Shown here one piece after another: positions 36,957 to 49,470 of a stretch of DNA of 64,000 bases. The first letter of the stretch is position 1. Every line of letters begins with the position of its first letter. The notes under the pieces are model-generated. The model saw only the letters and a list, made by a program, of their open reading frames with translations. It was not told where the DNA came from and made no database searches. The stretch is from Macrostomum lignano. Lineage: Eukaryota. Position numbers and translations under genes: made by a program. The stretch is from assembly GCA_002269645.1 (NCBI GenBank), contig NIVC01000293.1, forward strand, positions 124,001 to 188,000, in the 5' to 3' direction.

Positions 36957-37084
36957 CTGTGCAGGGGATTTGAAGGAGGGATCATTGTCAGTGATGGGAA
37001 GTCGATGTTAGTCACCCATAGGTAAAGTAACTGATTGAGTTACCTCATTATCTAGAAAAGAAACATTCTTAATTGAATTTAGTG

Positions 37085-37500
37085 GAAGACAAGACGCATG
37101 ATTAAGTTTACCTGGAAGAGGCACCTGATAGAGTTTACCTGGAAGAGGCACCTGATTGAGTTTACCCGAAAGAGACATCTCATTGAGCTTTCCTGGAATA
37201 GAGCCACTTGATTGAGTTTACCTGGAAGAGACACCTGTTTGAATTTACCTGGAAAAGAGACACCTCATTGAGTTTACCAGGACAAGAAACATCTCATTGA
37301 GTTTACCAGGAAAAGTAAAACCTGTTTGAGTTTACCTGGAAAAGAGACACCTGTTTGAGTTTACCTGGAAAAGAGACACCTGTTCGAGTTTACCTGGAAA
37401 AGAGACACCTGTTTGAGTTCACCTGGAAGAGACTCCTGTTTGAGTTTACCTAGAAGAGACACCTGTTTGAGTTTACCTAGAAGAGACACCTGATTGGGTT
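37085..37500. repeat. Minisatellite, ~27-29-bp unit TGAGTTTACCTGGAA(A)AGAGACACCTGTT, roughly 14 copies
   Basis: Direct tandem periodicity; period 29 at 37321/37350/37379. Confidence 0.95.
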
Positions 37501-38453
37501 CACTACTAGACACTTAATGAGTTACTAGAAAAGGGAAACATAAATTGAGTTAAGTGGGGATAAAAAATTAATTGAATTTGCTTTCAGCAATTGTTTTCAT
37601 CAAATACAAGTATACACAGTAATAATTAAATAACTATCAGATATAGTTATTATATATTATATAGTAATAAGATTATCTTTTGTATAATAGTCTACAAAAG
37701 TAAATTTAAGTTAAAAAGTTAAGTTTTTGATATTTTATTTTAGTTAACTTAATAATAATCAACCTAGACCCAGAAACCAAAAATACTTCATATATTTAAA
37801 TGTGATGTTGATTTAAGGAAAGGTTACTAAACAAGATATTCAAAGAAAAGGACAGAGATTTACCTAAACAAAAAATGGGGAAATATATAAACATATAGAG
37901 ATTAGTGATTTGATCCTCAAATCTTTGTAATACCAAAAATTAGAAAGAAAAGATTTATTCTACTATTAATGTTCTTCTTAGGCTAGACTTACAATAAAAT
38001 TCTTTAAAATATTAGATACTACTAATAAAAACTTAAATGCTATTTATAATTCTAATAGTATTTCTCTCAATAAACATAAAAACCCCTACACAACCTTGGC
38101 GGCATAATAACACTATTAAAACATTGGTATTAGCAGTTAGAAAGAGACTAACTTCTTTATAAATAGCCATGACAGGTTTTTAGGTGCCAAATGTATACAT
38201 ACTATTGAGTGTTTACTTGCTATTTTTAAAGTTCATAAATAACAATTTATTATTGTTTCTTTATTGTATCCTATATAGTGTATTCCTGTTTATTATATTG
38301 TCTATAGCAGAGGTATGGATATATAGAAACTTATATGCTATTGTCAAAGCTACCCCATATTTCTAAAGCTAACTAGCCCATCATTAATGTTTTATTTTTT
38401 TGCTTTAAATTTGTGATTTATCTTTATGTTTTACAATAATCAAAGCTTATTTA

Positions 38454-41400
38454 GCGCGCTGCTGAGGGCGGAGGCGACCGACGCCCGGCGCGTAGCACCA
38501 AGCGGTGCGGCCTGTACCAGCGTGCAGCTGAGGCAGTCCGTACTGCCAAAATCTCCCAGCTGAGGCGAGAGGTCGCCGGGACGCCTAGGCGCACCAGTTC
38601 GTCCAGGGAGGGTGGGGACGTCCCAGCTGGGCCCAACCCCTCGGGGCAGGGCCGACTGGAGACGGACCCGCCTGCCCAGGCGGCTGGCTGCTCCAGGGCA
38701 TTGGGCCAATCTGAGGCGGAGGACCCCATGGATGGTGGGCAAAGGGCGGCGAACGCTGCCTACTGCCTTCCGGCCAATCGGGGGCCTTTTGCTGAAGAAG
38801 AGCCCATGGACACCGGCGACCCCGACCCGAAGCCGGTGAGCGCCGAGGAGGAGGAGGAACTCCTGGCGGCTGCAACATCCGATCTGCAATGATGCCAACG
38901 ACTACCTGGTGTCTGCAGATCAACACCCAGCACTGCGTGGCGGCGTCGGTCAACCTGATGCGCACGGCAGAGCAACAGCTTCCGGGCCTGGTCTTCGTAC
39001 AGGAGCCCTGGATGACTAAAGGTAAGCCAAATAATGTGCCATCTGGCTACCACTGTTTTTGCATGGCGGGCTCTCAGCCTCGCCCAAGATCTCTGGTCTT
39101 TGCTGCAAAAGCTTTTGAGGCATGGATGAGACCTGATCTCTCGACTGGGGACATCTGTGTTGTTCAAATCAATAACCTCATTCCCAATAAACCTGTGCTG
39201 GTAGCTTCTGCCTATTTCCCGGGCGATGCCCCAGTTGTCTGCGACGCGTTAGTCAACCTTACTGACTATGCTGCGTCCCATCGGTTCGAGCTGCTCATTG
39301 CAGGGGATGTGAACGCACACCACCTGCATTGGGGCAGCAAGAACATCAATAGCAGAGGCGAGGAGCTGCTGGCCTATGTCAGCAGCACTAACCTCAACTT
39401 CTGTAACGTGGGCAATGCACCAACGTTCAATAATGGGCGGTGGGCCGAAGTCATCGACACCACCATCGCCTCACCCGGACTGCTTTCCGCAGTTACGGGC
39501 TGGCGAGTGTGGGACGAGGACTCGCTCTCGGACCACCGCTTTATCCGCTTTTGCATTGGGCCGACCAAGCAAAAGCCTAAGGTCACTTGGAGTCGGAACG
39601 TCAGAAACACCGATTGGGCCGCCTTTGGCTCGAAGCTGAGCCGCGGCCTTCGGGATCTTGACCCCCCAGTGACCTCTCTGACTGCCAGGTGGTGGACGAT
39701 CTCGCCTCCTCCCTGGGCGGGGCGATCACCACTGCCTTTGAAGCAGCCTGCCCCCTAAAGGCCTATAAAGGCAAGAAATCTGCTCCCTGGTGGAACCCAG
39801 AGCTCGGGGCCCTTCGGCGCCGAGCCAGGACCCTCCAAAGGCGAGCGCTCAAAACCAAAGACCCATCTGACAGAGAGGCCTATACCCGTGCGATCCACGA
39901 GTTTAAGGGCCAAGTCAGAAGGGCCAAGACGGCCAAGTGGCGCCAATATTGCGAAGGGCTTGAGGGCTCTCGCCCCGTAGCCCGCATGGTTAAGGCACTC
40001 ACTAATGACCGTTTTTCTAAACTCTCTGTTGTGAAGAGACCTGACGGCTCGGTCACAGAGAGTTCGGAAGAGACTCTAGAGCTCATGCTCAACAGTTTTT
40101 TCCCTAAATCTCCGACTCAGCAGGGCCCGCCCGACCACACAGTGGGAGGGCAAGGCCTAGCAAAGTCTATGATCACCAAAGACCGCATTATTAGAGCGGC
40201 AAGGTCCTTTAACCCGTTCAAGGCGCCTGGGCCCGACGGCATCTACCCAGCGTTCTTGCACGAGGCGGTGAAAAACCACCGCTTCCTGGACCTGCTCTGT
40301 CGTCTCCTTCGAGCTTGTATGGAGCTGGGCTATGTACCAGTTGCATGGAGAGAGGCCCGGGTGGTCTTTATCCCCAAGCCTGGAAAGAGCGACTACCAAT
40401 CGGTGAAGGCCTTCAGGCCTATCAGCCTCACTTCTTTCTGCCTCAAGCTCCTCGAGAGACTGGTGCTTTGGCGCCTACTTTCGGTCGAGCTGAAGCGCTT
40501 CCCACTCTCGCAGAACCAGCACGCCTTCCGCGCGGGCAGGTCAACCGAGAGTGCTCTCCATGTCATTGTTGACTTCCTGGAGAGGGCCGTTCTTGGCAGC
40601 GGCTTTGCCCTCTCGCTTTTCCTGGACATTGAGGGGGGCTTCGACAACGTCATCTTCGAGGCCTTTTGCAGAGCCCTGGAATCCAGGGCCACGCACCCTC
40701 ACCTTGTCTGGTGGATCATGTTCATGATCCGAAACCGCACTGTTGTGGCCCACCTGAGCGGCAGCTCTCTTTCGGTGCCTGTCCTGAAAGGGGGCCCCAG
40801 GGCGGCGTTCTCACCCCCGTTCTCTGGAACATGGTCATGGATGAGTTGCTTTGCAGTGATCTCCACGACCCCATTCTCAAGGTGGGCTATGCCGATGATG
40901 TGACCGCGATATGCGCGGGCCCCTCAGTTGATACCATCAGAGACCTTCTGCAGGGCTTTCTGGGACGAGCGGAGCGTTGGGCAGACCAATGTGGCCTTAG
41001 ACTCTCAGAGTCGAAAACCACAGCAGTCATGTTCACCAACAAACTGCTCTGGACCATTAAGCCCCTCACCCTCTATGGAAAGAATATTTCCATGGAGAAG
41101 CAGGTCCGCTGCCTGGGCCTCACTCTGGACCACAGGCTTAACTGGACTCCGCACATTCAAACTAAAGCCAAAAAAGCCCTGGCTGTACTGGCTCAGATCA
41201 GGCGCGCCGTGGGCACCACCTGGGGGCTCACCCCCAGGAAGCTGTGGTGGATTTACACTGCCATCATCCGCCCCTCGATCAGTTACGCCAGCCTCGTGTG
41301 GGCTAGCGGCCTGAGCGTCAAGAGCAACCTCGACGCTCTCTACAAAATCCAGGGCAGAGCCTGCCGCATGACTATGGGCGCTCTACCCTTTACTCCTTTT

Positions 41401-42704
41401 GAAGGCATGAATGCCTTCCTCTGCGCCCCTCCTTTGGATATTTATATCAAAGGAGAGGCGGCGAAGAGCACCCGGCGTCTTCTGGATGCTGGGGTGGCCT
41501 TCAAGAAAGTGCGGGCCTTTAAGAAGCGGTCGCTTATCCCGCACTCTGACCTCTGCCTCAAGGCTCTCGAGGAGTGTGGCGGGCTCAACATCCTCACGGA
41601 CTCGATCCCAGCCACCCTTCTCCTGAGCCAAAGGTATAAGGTCACCATTCAGCCTCGACACGAGGCGAGTGACAGCTGGAGCGACTCTGAAGTCCACTGT
41701 TACACTGACGGCTCTATGAGGCATGGTCTTTCAGGCTTCGGAGCTTGCGTCTTCTTCAAGGGAGAAGTGGTGTGGAGCTACTCCCAGCACACTGGGCTCA
41801 ACTCCAGTGTTTTTCAGAGCGAGGTGCTTGCCATCAGCTCCTGCGCGGCAGAGCTGCGCCGAAGGCAGCTTAGCGGCCGGAAATTTATTTTTCACTCTGA
41901 CAGCCAAGCAGCCCTTCGGGCCCTCTGCCGCAGCACCGCCAGCTCCAGGTCCGTCCTGGACTGCAACACCCAGCTCAACGGGCTTGCGCTAGGCAACCAG
42001 GTGGAGCTCAGATGGATCCCGGGCCACGCTGGCTTCCTCGGCAACGAGCGCGCTGACCTGCTGGCCAAGGCTGGCTCCGCCGGCGCGCTATTAGGGCCGG
42101 GCCCGGGTGCCCCCATCCCCGCCTCGGTGATCAATTCCCGCGTTAAGCGCTGGGCTGACTCCGAGCATCTCCGCAGGAGGCACGACACCCGGAATTGTAG
42201 GCAATCCCGTGCTGCCGTCCCCTGTCCCTCTCCTCTCCTGCGTAGAGCCCTCCTCAGGCTCAACCGCAGAGACCTCAGAGCAGTTAGCATGGCCCTCTCC
42301 GGGCATGGCTGCTTCTCTCGCCACCGCTTCCTTCAGGGCCAAGTACCCGAGGAGCGGTGCCCCTTCTGCCGCTCAGGCAGTGAAAACGCCGAGCATTTTA
42401 TCTGCCACTGCCCGGTTTTCACCAGGGCCAGGCTTACTCACCTCGGGCCAAACCCGGTTCTCTCCGACGTTTGCAGGCCCGAGAGCATCCCACTGCTCGC
42501 CCGGTACCTCAGGGACACCGGACGAGCTGATTTCTTCCCCACCGTCGGTGAGGAGGACCGCGCTGCAGGCGAGACCGACGGGTCCCCCTGAGCGACACCA
42601 CTTCAACGGAAGTCGTTGGTCGCCAGGGGCTAGCGGAATGGGCGGTCTCCTCCGCCTCCTCGCTGCATCCGCCGGACGCCCCCTGCAGCTAAGTCAAGTA
42701 AGTC
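38454..42704 (+). mobile_element. 5'-truncated LOA/R1-group LINE: ORF1 tail plus APE-RT-RNase H-CCHC ORF2 with two frameshifts (~39680, ~40790)
   Basis: APE (LQIN, VQEPW, GDVNAH, SDH); RT (KAPGPDGI, FRPISL, FLDIEGGFD, PQGGVL, YADD); RNase H (YTDGS, SDSQAAL, WIPGH, GNERAD); CPFC...H...HC. 3' TAAGTCAAG repeats; TSD AAGCTTATTTA at 38443-38453 and 42705-42715. Confidence 0.95.
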
Positions 42705-42768
42705 AAGCTTATTTAACTTTCCCAAAATTTAGAATCACACAAATTAAGAATCATATATAAGCTATATA

Positions 42769-43358
42769 CCCTATTGGAATAAATGTTAAAAACCCGCGGA
42801 CGTGCACTTTAGAAAAGAGTCAAACTATTTTACCGTGCTTTAGGATTCTTAGAGATGTTTCAAAAGATCTGCAGTTTTGTCGAAATCAAAATTTGCTAAC
42901 TTTCCAAAATCAAAATTGAAATTTCCCGAAATCATAATTCAGAAAAACAAAGTTTAGTATGATCAACACTCACTTTTTTACTTTCAATTTACTGCTTAAG
43001 CAAAAAGTAATACATGTATATGTAGTAGAAAATAGTTTTTTTTTAGTGACTTTTTAGACACTACCAAAATTTTCACTTCTAATTTTTTTTCAAAATTGAA
43101 ATTTGCTCTAAAAATTTCAAATTTTGGAAAATTGAAATTGAATTTTCGGAACATCTCTAAGCTTAATAAATTGCGAGTGTATAAGCCCCTTCAACAAAGG
43201 TATTATACCCATTTACATGTATATGTATTTGCTAGAGCAGCAGCCAGTAAGAAAGGGCAGCACGCGCAGGTGCTGCGCCTGTGTGCGCACTGCACTTTAG
43301 AAAAATTTCAAAAGTGCGCCGGACACTGTCCGCAGTTTTACAACTTTTTCCTATAGGG
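42769..43358. mobile_element. 590-bp TIR element with CCCTA termini
   Basis: Left CCCTATTGGAATAAATGTTAAAAACCCGCGGAC, right (reverse complement) CCCTATAGGAAAAAGTTGTAAAACTGCGGAC; perfect 8-bp TSD GCTATATA at 42761-42768 and 43359-43366. Confidence 0.85.
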
Positions 43359-44199
43359 GCTATATATGCACTTACAATCAAAAGCCTTTATATACATTTG
43401 GCACTACAAAGGCTATCACTGAAATGGATGGCCTTGAAATGAATATCACTAAAGAAACTATAACTCCTAGAAATTTATAAAAGACAAGGGTTTTTGATTG
43501 TAGCATAAAGGCATTTTGGTACTAGGCATTTTGGACAATATCTAGTGCAAATCAATCTTGCAATGTTTATGATGATATAATGCAAGGAGGGAATGTAGGA
43601 TTACATGAAAAAGGGAGTGTGGGATACTTATAAGAGAGATATGAGAAACAGATTACAAAGAAAAATGTAGGATACACAGCAAGAGATGCAAATCATATAT
43701 AGAGGAAGGGAATAAGGTACATATGGGGAAATAGAAATACAAGAAAAGGGGATCTAATGCAGATCTAACCTATGCAATAGTCAACAGAGATAGATTTAGG
43801 CATATAAGTACAGTAGTCTTTGGTACAATTATTCTAAAAAAGCTAAAAGCCTTATTGCAACATTAGTAGCAATGACCAAGGTTTAAATTTAGGTTAGCTC
43901 TATAAACAATACAATGGAGGTTGGTAAATGTATTAGAATTTATTATAATAAGCTTTTTTCATTAAAAATAAAAATAGCCCTAAAAAAGCATTGATCAAAT
44001 ATTATGTTTGATAAGCCAAGGATTTTTGCACCTGGATAAACAAAGATTATTACACTAGCTCAGAAAGGGACTATTGCATTCGCTGACATCAATTTTTGCA
44101 CTTGATGAATAAAAGATTATTGCGCTAGCCAAGACATGGATTATTTCATTAGGCCTACTTCATTAATGCAATTATTGCATTAGTGGAAGAAATATTTGC

Positions 44200-44490
44200 A
44201 CTAGCAACTTGCTGTCTAGTGGATACTTGCTATCTGGGAGATGCTTGCTGTTGTATCTGGGGTTGCTTACTTTTATATTTGCTGGGAAGATGCTTACTAT
44301 TAGAAGGATGCTTGCTCCCTAAGACAAGCACTTTCTATTTGAGAGAGAAGGATACTAGCTATATGTATTTATATGCATGAGATTCTTTCTATCTATGGAT
44401 GCTTGCTATTTATAAGAAAGATGCTTGCTATCTGGGAGGGGATACTTGCTATCTAGGAGGATATTTGCTATCTAAGGGATACTTGCTATC
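44200..44490. repeat. Degenerate tandem repeat of GAT(G/A)CTTGCTATCT-like units
   Basis: Motif recurs many times and resumes after the insertion at 45377. Confidence 0.7.
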
Positions 44491-44496
44491 TGCAAG

Positions 44497-45368
44497 CCCT
44501 ATTGGAATAAGCTGACAAATCGTGGACACATGTCTATTGTGTTTAAAAATTTTTCTGTGTTTTGCATCCCGGTGGAGTCTTCAGCGGGTGGTGTCACATT
44601 GCAGAGAAGTCATCAAGCAGCTGGTGTCGCGTCACAGTCGCGGAGTCCATGGTTTTGATTAGTAGTGTTGCAACACTATTGCAGTTGTCAGTTGCCACAA
44701 TTAATAAACATATAGTCAGAAACCATATTTGGGTCTTCATTTTCCGGGTTTTTGTTAACATAAATATTGTTTTGTCAAGAGATGAGCTTCTTGTAATTTT
44801 TTGTTTTATCTTGTTCTTTTTCATTTCAACTTACTTTTACGTCATTTACAATATAACATGTGAATAGACAATATTTGCTGTTGCGGACTTGAAGTTAAAG
44901 TTTCTTGTTCTCTAGTTTTGATTATGACATTTTTTTTGCTAATGACAAACATTAAGAATTGAGTGAACTGAACTCAGATGAAATGACTGCTGGGCCAGCT
45001 GCTAGCCTGCTATGAATTATTAAAAACAAATAACAAGTAATACTTGTTAGTTGCAATGCATACGCTGTTTTTTAACTGCTATACCTTGTTGTTTTACTTT
45101 TTATTGTTTTTAAATTTCATTTCTTTTTCTATGAAATTGAATGGAATACTTTTGTCTCTCGCTCCATGGTCTTAGGAGTGAATGGCAGAATGGGAATTGT
45201 CATTTTAAGTGAATGCTCTCCCCTCTCACCCCCCCTGGTCATTTGGTCAACAAACATTGGTGTTGCGTCACCAAGTTGCATCATACTCCCAGTCAACAAA
45301 ATTTTGAAGGCACAATTTTGGCACCCATTTTGTGTGTCCATGGGTTTTTGAAACTTATTCCAATAGGG
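44497..45368. mobile_element. 872-bp TIR element with CCCTA termini, related to 42769-43358
   Basis: Perfect 15-bp TIR CCCTATTGGAATAAG; TSD TCTGCAAG / TCTGTAAG (7/8). Confidence 0.85.
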
Positions 45369-46129
45369 TCTGTAAGATACTTGCTATTTGCAATTGTTTA
45401 CTATTTGTTTACTATAATTGTATAAATATGTTACAATACAATAGTGTTCTGCTGTAGCCATGGCTATGGCTACAGGATCCTACAGCAAATATGGTAAAAT
45501 AGGTGCCTATGGCAGCTATGGATACACCTATGGTAGCTAGCTGCTCTTATGGCTACGACTACTGAAATAAGGTAGTTGCTGTCACATTCCGTAGATTCCC
45601 ATAGCCATAGTTATTATTGTTAAAATTTGAAAAAATATTAGAAACAGGTAAAGTAAAACAAATATACTTTTAGTAAACTGTATTATCAACCTAGAAACTT
45701 ATAAAATATACCTAAAAAAGTACAATAAAACACTAGCAAACTCTTATTTTTATTAATGTGAAAAAGTTTAGCATTATTACTTTCAATAATGACTAAGTAT
45801 TGTTGCTTTGAAAAAAGATGAAATATAATCTTACAAAGACAATTAGGCCTGTGTTTCTTTTATTTTCTAATTTAATATGCAGTTGTTTAAGCACTAGGTT
45901 ATCTTCTTGATTCAAAATATTTTGTTTTTTAGACTTGTTAAAACTACGGCTACAGGAACTACAAGAATATTGTAATTTCGGGGTCCCTACAACTACGGAA
46001 TATGGAGAATAGGAGTTAGCCCTAGTTTTGCTTACGGCTACGGCTACGGTATATGGACCCTCCTTATGGTGGAACACTACAATACAAAAGTAAAAAAATC
46101 ATTAAAAATAGCCAATTCTTATTCTAATT

Positions 46130-47697
46130 TAGTGATGGACCGAATGTCAATTTTGCAAGTTTCTTAAACTGAATCTAAATGTACAAAAAAATTCTGAATC
46201 CAAATTTAAATATTGAAATGTGTTTTCTACTATAAATAAAAGTAAAAGGTAAACAGCAGGAGTAACTATGATACCTTTCTGTGATGAAAATGCCTTATCA
46301 TCTAATTATTAATCCTATTAGTGCTATACATTAATGATTGACAACATTCAATCTAATCTCAGGCTCTATCTAGTATCTGAATTGAATTAAACTTAGAATT
46401 GAACTCAATTCTTTTAATTTAATCTAACTAATTCCAATTACTAATACTAACTGATATTACATTTGTGCAATTTGATAACTTTACCGTGTATAATGCATGT
46501 TAAAGACCATTGGATTTGCATTTTGAAAAAAAGTGATGATTAAACTTAAACAATAATTTCCACAATTAAATGTTTTTACAACTTTAGGTTGAATGCCTCA
46601 AAGGTCCTAAAGTTAAATAACTTTACTTATTAACACTTTTTAATAATATATGTTGCTGCAAAAAAGACAATTGTAAAAACAAACAATATTACATTAAATT
46701 TGTGTTCTTATTTTATAGTAGTGCTTCAATACTGTACGAATTTTTAACAATAAAGGTATGATTTCTTAGAAACCAAACTTGCACTTTTAATACATTGAAT
46801 GTATTTGTTTTACCATAGTGAATATTTTGTTTTATGGCATGAAATAAGTCAGGGAATTATTTTTTGTTTTAATTGTATGGGGAGGAACCACTATATATAG
46901 TGAGCTGTTTGAGTCAAAATATAACTAACTGTCTGTGACTTGTGAGCAAAACATTGCAAACAAAATAGCAGTGCAACCTATATATTTCAAAGTCTTTTGA
47001 GTTTAATAGTGACTTATTCATTTACAAAAGCTGAGAGCAGTACCAAAAAACTTGCTAAGAGAGGGAATTGGGACTAATTCTTGGAGATATACTAAGAGAG
47101 ATGCTGTGACCCTCTAGTCTTGATAAATGCCCAATTAGGACAATTTACTAATACATATACTAAATTAATACTAGACTGCTCAGGCCATAAGCTACTAGAA
47201 CGTTATCAGAAAGGCCATAAGCTACCAGTAGAACACTACCAGAAACACTACTAAGAATGCTACCCAGAAATATTCAAATGAAATTCTAAGAAGATTTAGA
47301 AGGCAAGATTTAGTGTCAACAATAAAAATATAATAGAGGAAATTATAAACCTGTAACAACTTTGGTAGCAGCTTGTAGGATATTTAATAAACACTGGCAT
47401 CAATAGTTAGGAGTTTAGAAAGATAGAGCCAAAAGGCCTGTCACAGCTAATGGCATTTAGTGGGATTAAAATTGACAAAATAGGGGGCAAAAAGCCTGTC
47501 ACAATTTTTCTAATTGACCTTTTTAAAAGTTGTATTTTTTTACAATAGCATAATTTTGTTTAGGTTTTTTTTATATTTGGAAGCACATTTGGAACTTTGG
47601 AAATAAAATTTCCAAATCCAAAACATTTGGACTTCTAAAAAAGTGACACTCTTTTTTAGATTCGGAATCTGAATCCAAATATTTAGATCTATCACTA
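46130..47697. mobile_element. Non-autonomous hAT-type element, 1568 bp
   Basis: Ends TAGTGATGGACC / TAGTGATAGATC (reverse complement); perfect 8-bp TSD TTCTAATT at 46122-46129 and 47698-47705; subterminal GAATC(T/C) motifs. Confidence 0.8.
46248..46308 (+). other. Second dispersed degenerate 28S rRNA fragment, same segment as 33810-33873
   Basis: GGTAAACAGCAGGAGTAACTATGA-[16 nt replaced]-AAATGCCTTATCATCTAATTA; spacing identical to 28S. Confidence 0.75.
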
Positions 47698-49289
47698 TTC
47701 TAATTTAATTTTAATCTAAGACCAAATTGTATTAAAAAGATGTTTTAAAAGCTTTTTAACAAAATCTGTATCTTATTAAAATCTTAATTAAAATAACTTA
47801 ATTCTAAAAATAATTTAATAAATAAACATGATTTTTAAGCTTAATATATACAAAAGGTTTATTTTATAATGCAGATTTAATACTTGATACTCACATTCCT
47901 TCATAGTTATTCTGGTAGCTTCTGTGTCTTTTCTTTGGTTAGCCATAACTAGTAGTATAATTATAATAGCCTTATCTTATAAATATAATTATTTTTTTTA
48001 ATTTCTTGCCTCAAAGTAAGCCTTTAACTTGATCACACAGTGATACTCAAAAACATAATAAATATATTTGCCTTACCATAGTCTATAAAAAATATTGCAC
48101 TTAGTAGCTACCTTTTAGGCCTACACACACAAGCAATTCAATTTTAAATTATCTACTAAGCCATACACTATCTATACAATTAAAAATTATAATTAATATT
48201 ACAATTAATTAAAATTTAAAAAATGCAGCGATCTTTCGACGTTCAGATTAGTCCAGTGATGTTAGTTTACTGTTTCGTAAGTGACCTAGGCACTCCAGCC
48301 CTAGCTATAAGGATGGTCAGGTTAATATAGGCCTATTGAAGATCTATTAAAAAACTTGACCTTAGGTTTTGTCAAAAAGCTAAATATTAAATAGTTCTAA
48401 AGTCTGCTTTCTTTCAGCAAATTAACTACGCTTAGATTAAATAATATAGGGCTAGACGCATATATATTTTTAATAGTTCTTTGTACCCTCGAGAATGGCA
48501 ATTAGATCGTTTTCACGAGCGGTGCGTTTGAATTGGAACCAAAACCCTGATTTTTCGGTTTGCAGCGTTATTTATATTTTTGATAAAAATAAAACCCGTC
48601 GGATTCTGCACTTGCATATGAAAGGGGAGAGGGATTTTACCTTGAACGTATAATGAAGCAAAGTAAATTTCTTTATCTAACTAACTAATATTAACAGTTA
48701 GTCGCAGAAGTCGTCGAGCAACGCTGAAATAGCCTAGCTACTCTAATAAGTCCCTCTCTTGAACTCCAAATTTCATTAAAGGTAGACTTTCTCTGTCATG
48801 ATGTTTTATTATAATTATAACTATATACATGTATTTGGACTGGAATAGTTGTTTCAAGTTATACATTTTTTAATTAATTCATATTCGTTGTGCTTTCATT
48901 TTTTCAGCAATAAACCTCAAATGCAAATTCCTCCCTTTCTTTTATTTGTTTATATCTTCATTTTAGTAGGGGTTTTCCGGTCTACAGTTGCAGTTTTCCT
49001 GTTGACAATATTCAATTCTGATATCCACGAGGCCTCAATTGATTTTTACAGGTAATAAAATTCCGTAATATAATACTTTCTGTGCCATTAGTTTTGAATG
49101 AATGACCTAAAATAATATTTTTTAGCTTAATTGGTCTCTGTCTACCTGTCGTGTACTGTATAGTAGAAGCGTAAAAATTTCTGGAAACGTAGCGACACGA
49201 CACTGTGAACATTATTTATTTTTACTGGTTAATTCAAGCAATATGTAATATATATGTTGTTAATTCTCACTGCTAAAAATCCGCAGTGA

Positions 49290-49470
49290 GAAATGCCCCT
49301 TCTGCCTCCTCCGGTGTCGAGAATGCGGAGCAATCTGTGAATGCCCCGCCTTTACTCAGGACAGGCTAACCTACCTCGGCCCAAATCCGGACCTCTTCGA
49401 CGTTTTCAGGCCCGAGAATCTCTGCCATCGCCGCACTGCTGCACCATCCGACGGGCAAGGGCGTCCCTAG
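49290..49470 (+). mobile_element. Short decayed 3' fragment of a LINE related to 38454-42704
   Basis: gagaaatgccccttctgc...cctcggcccaaatccggacctcttcgacgttttcaggcccgag aligns with 42352-42484. Confidence 0.7.
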
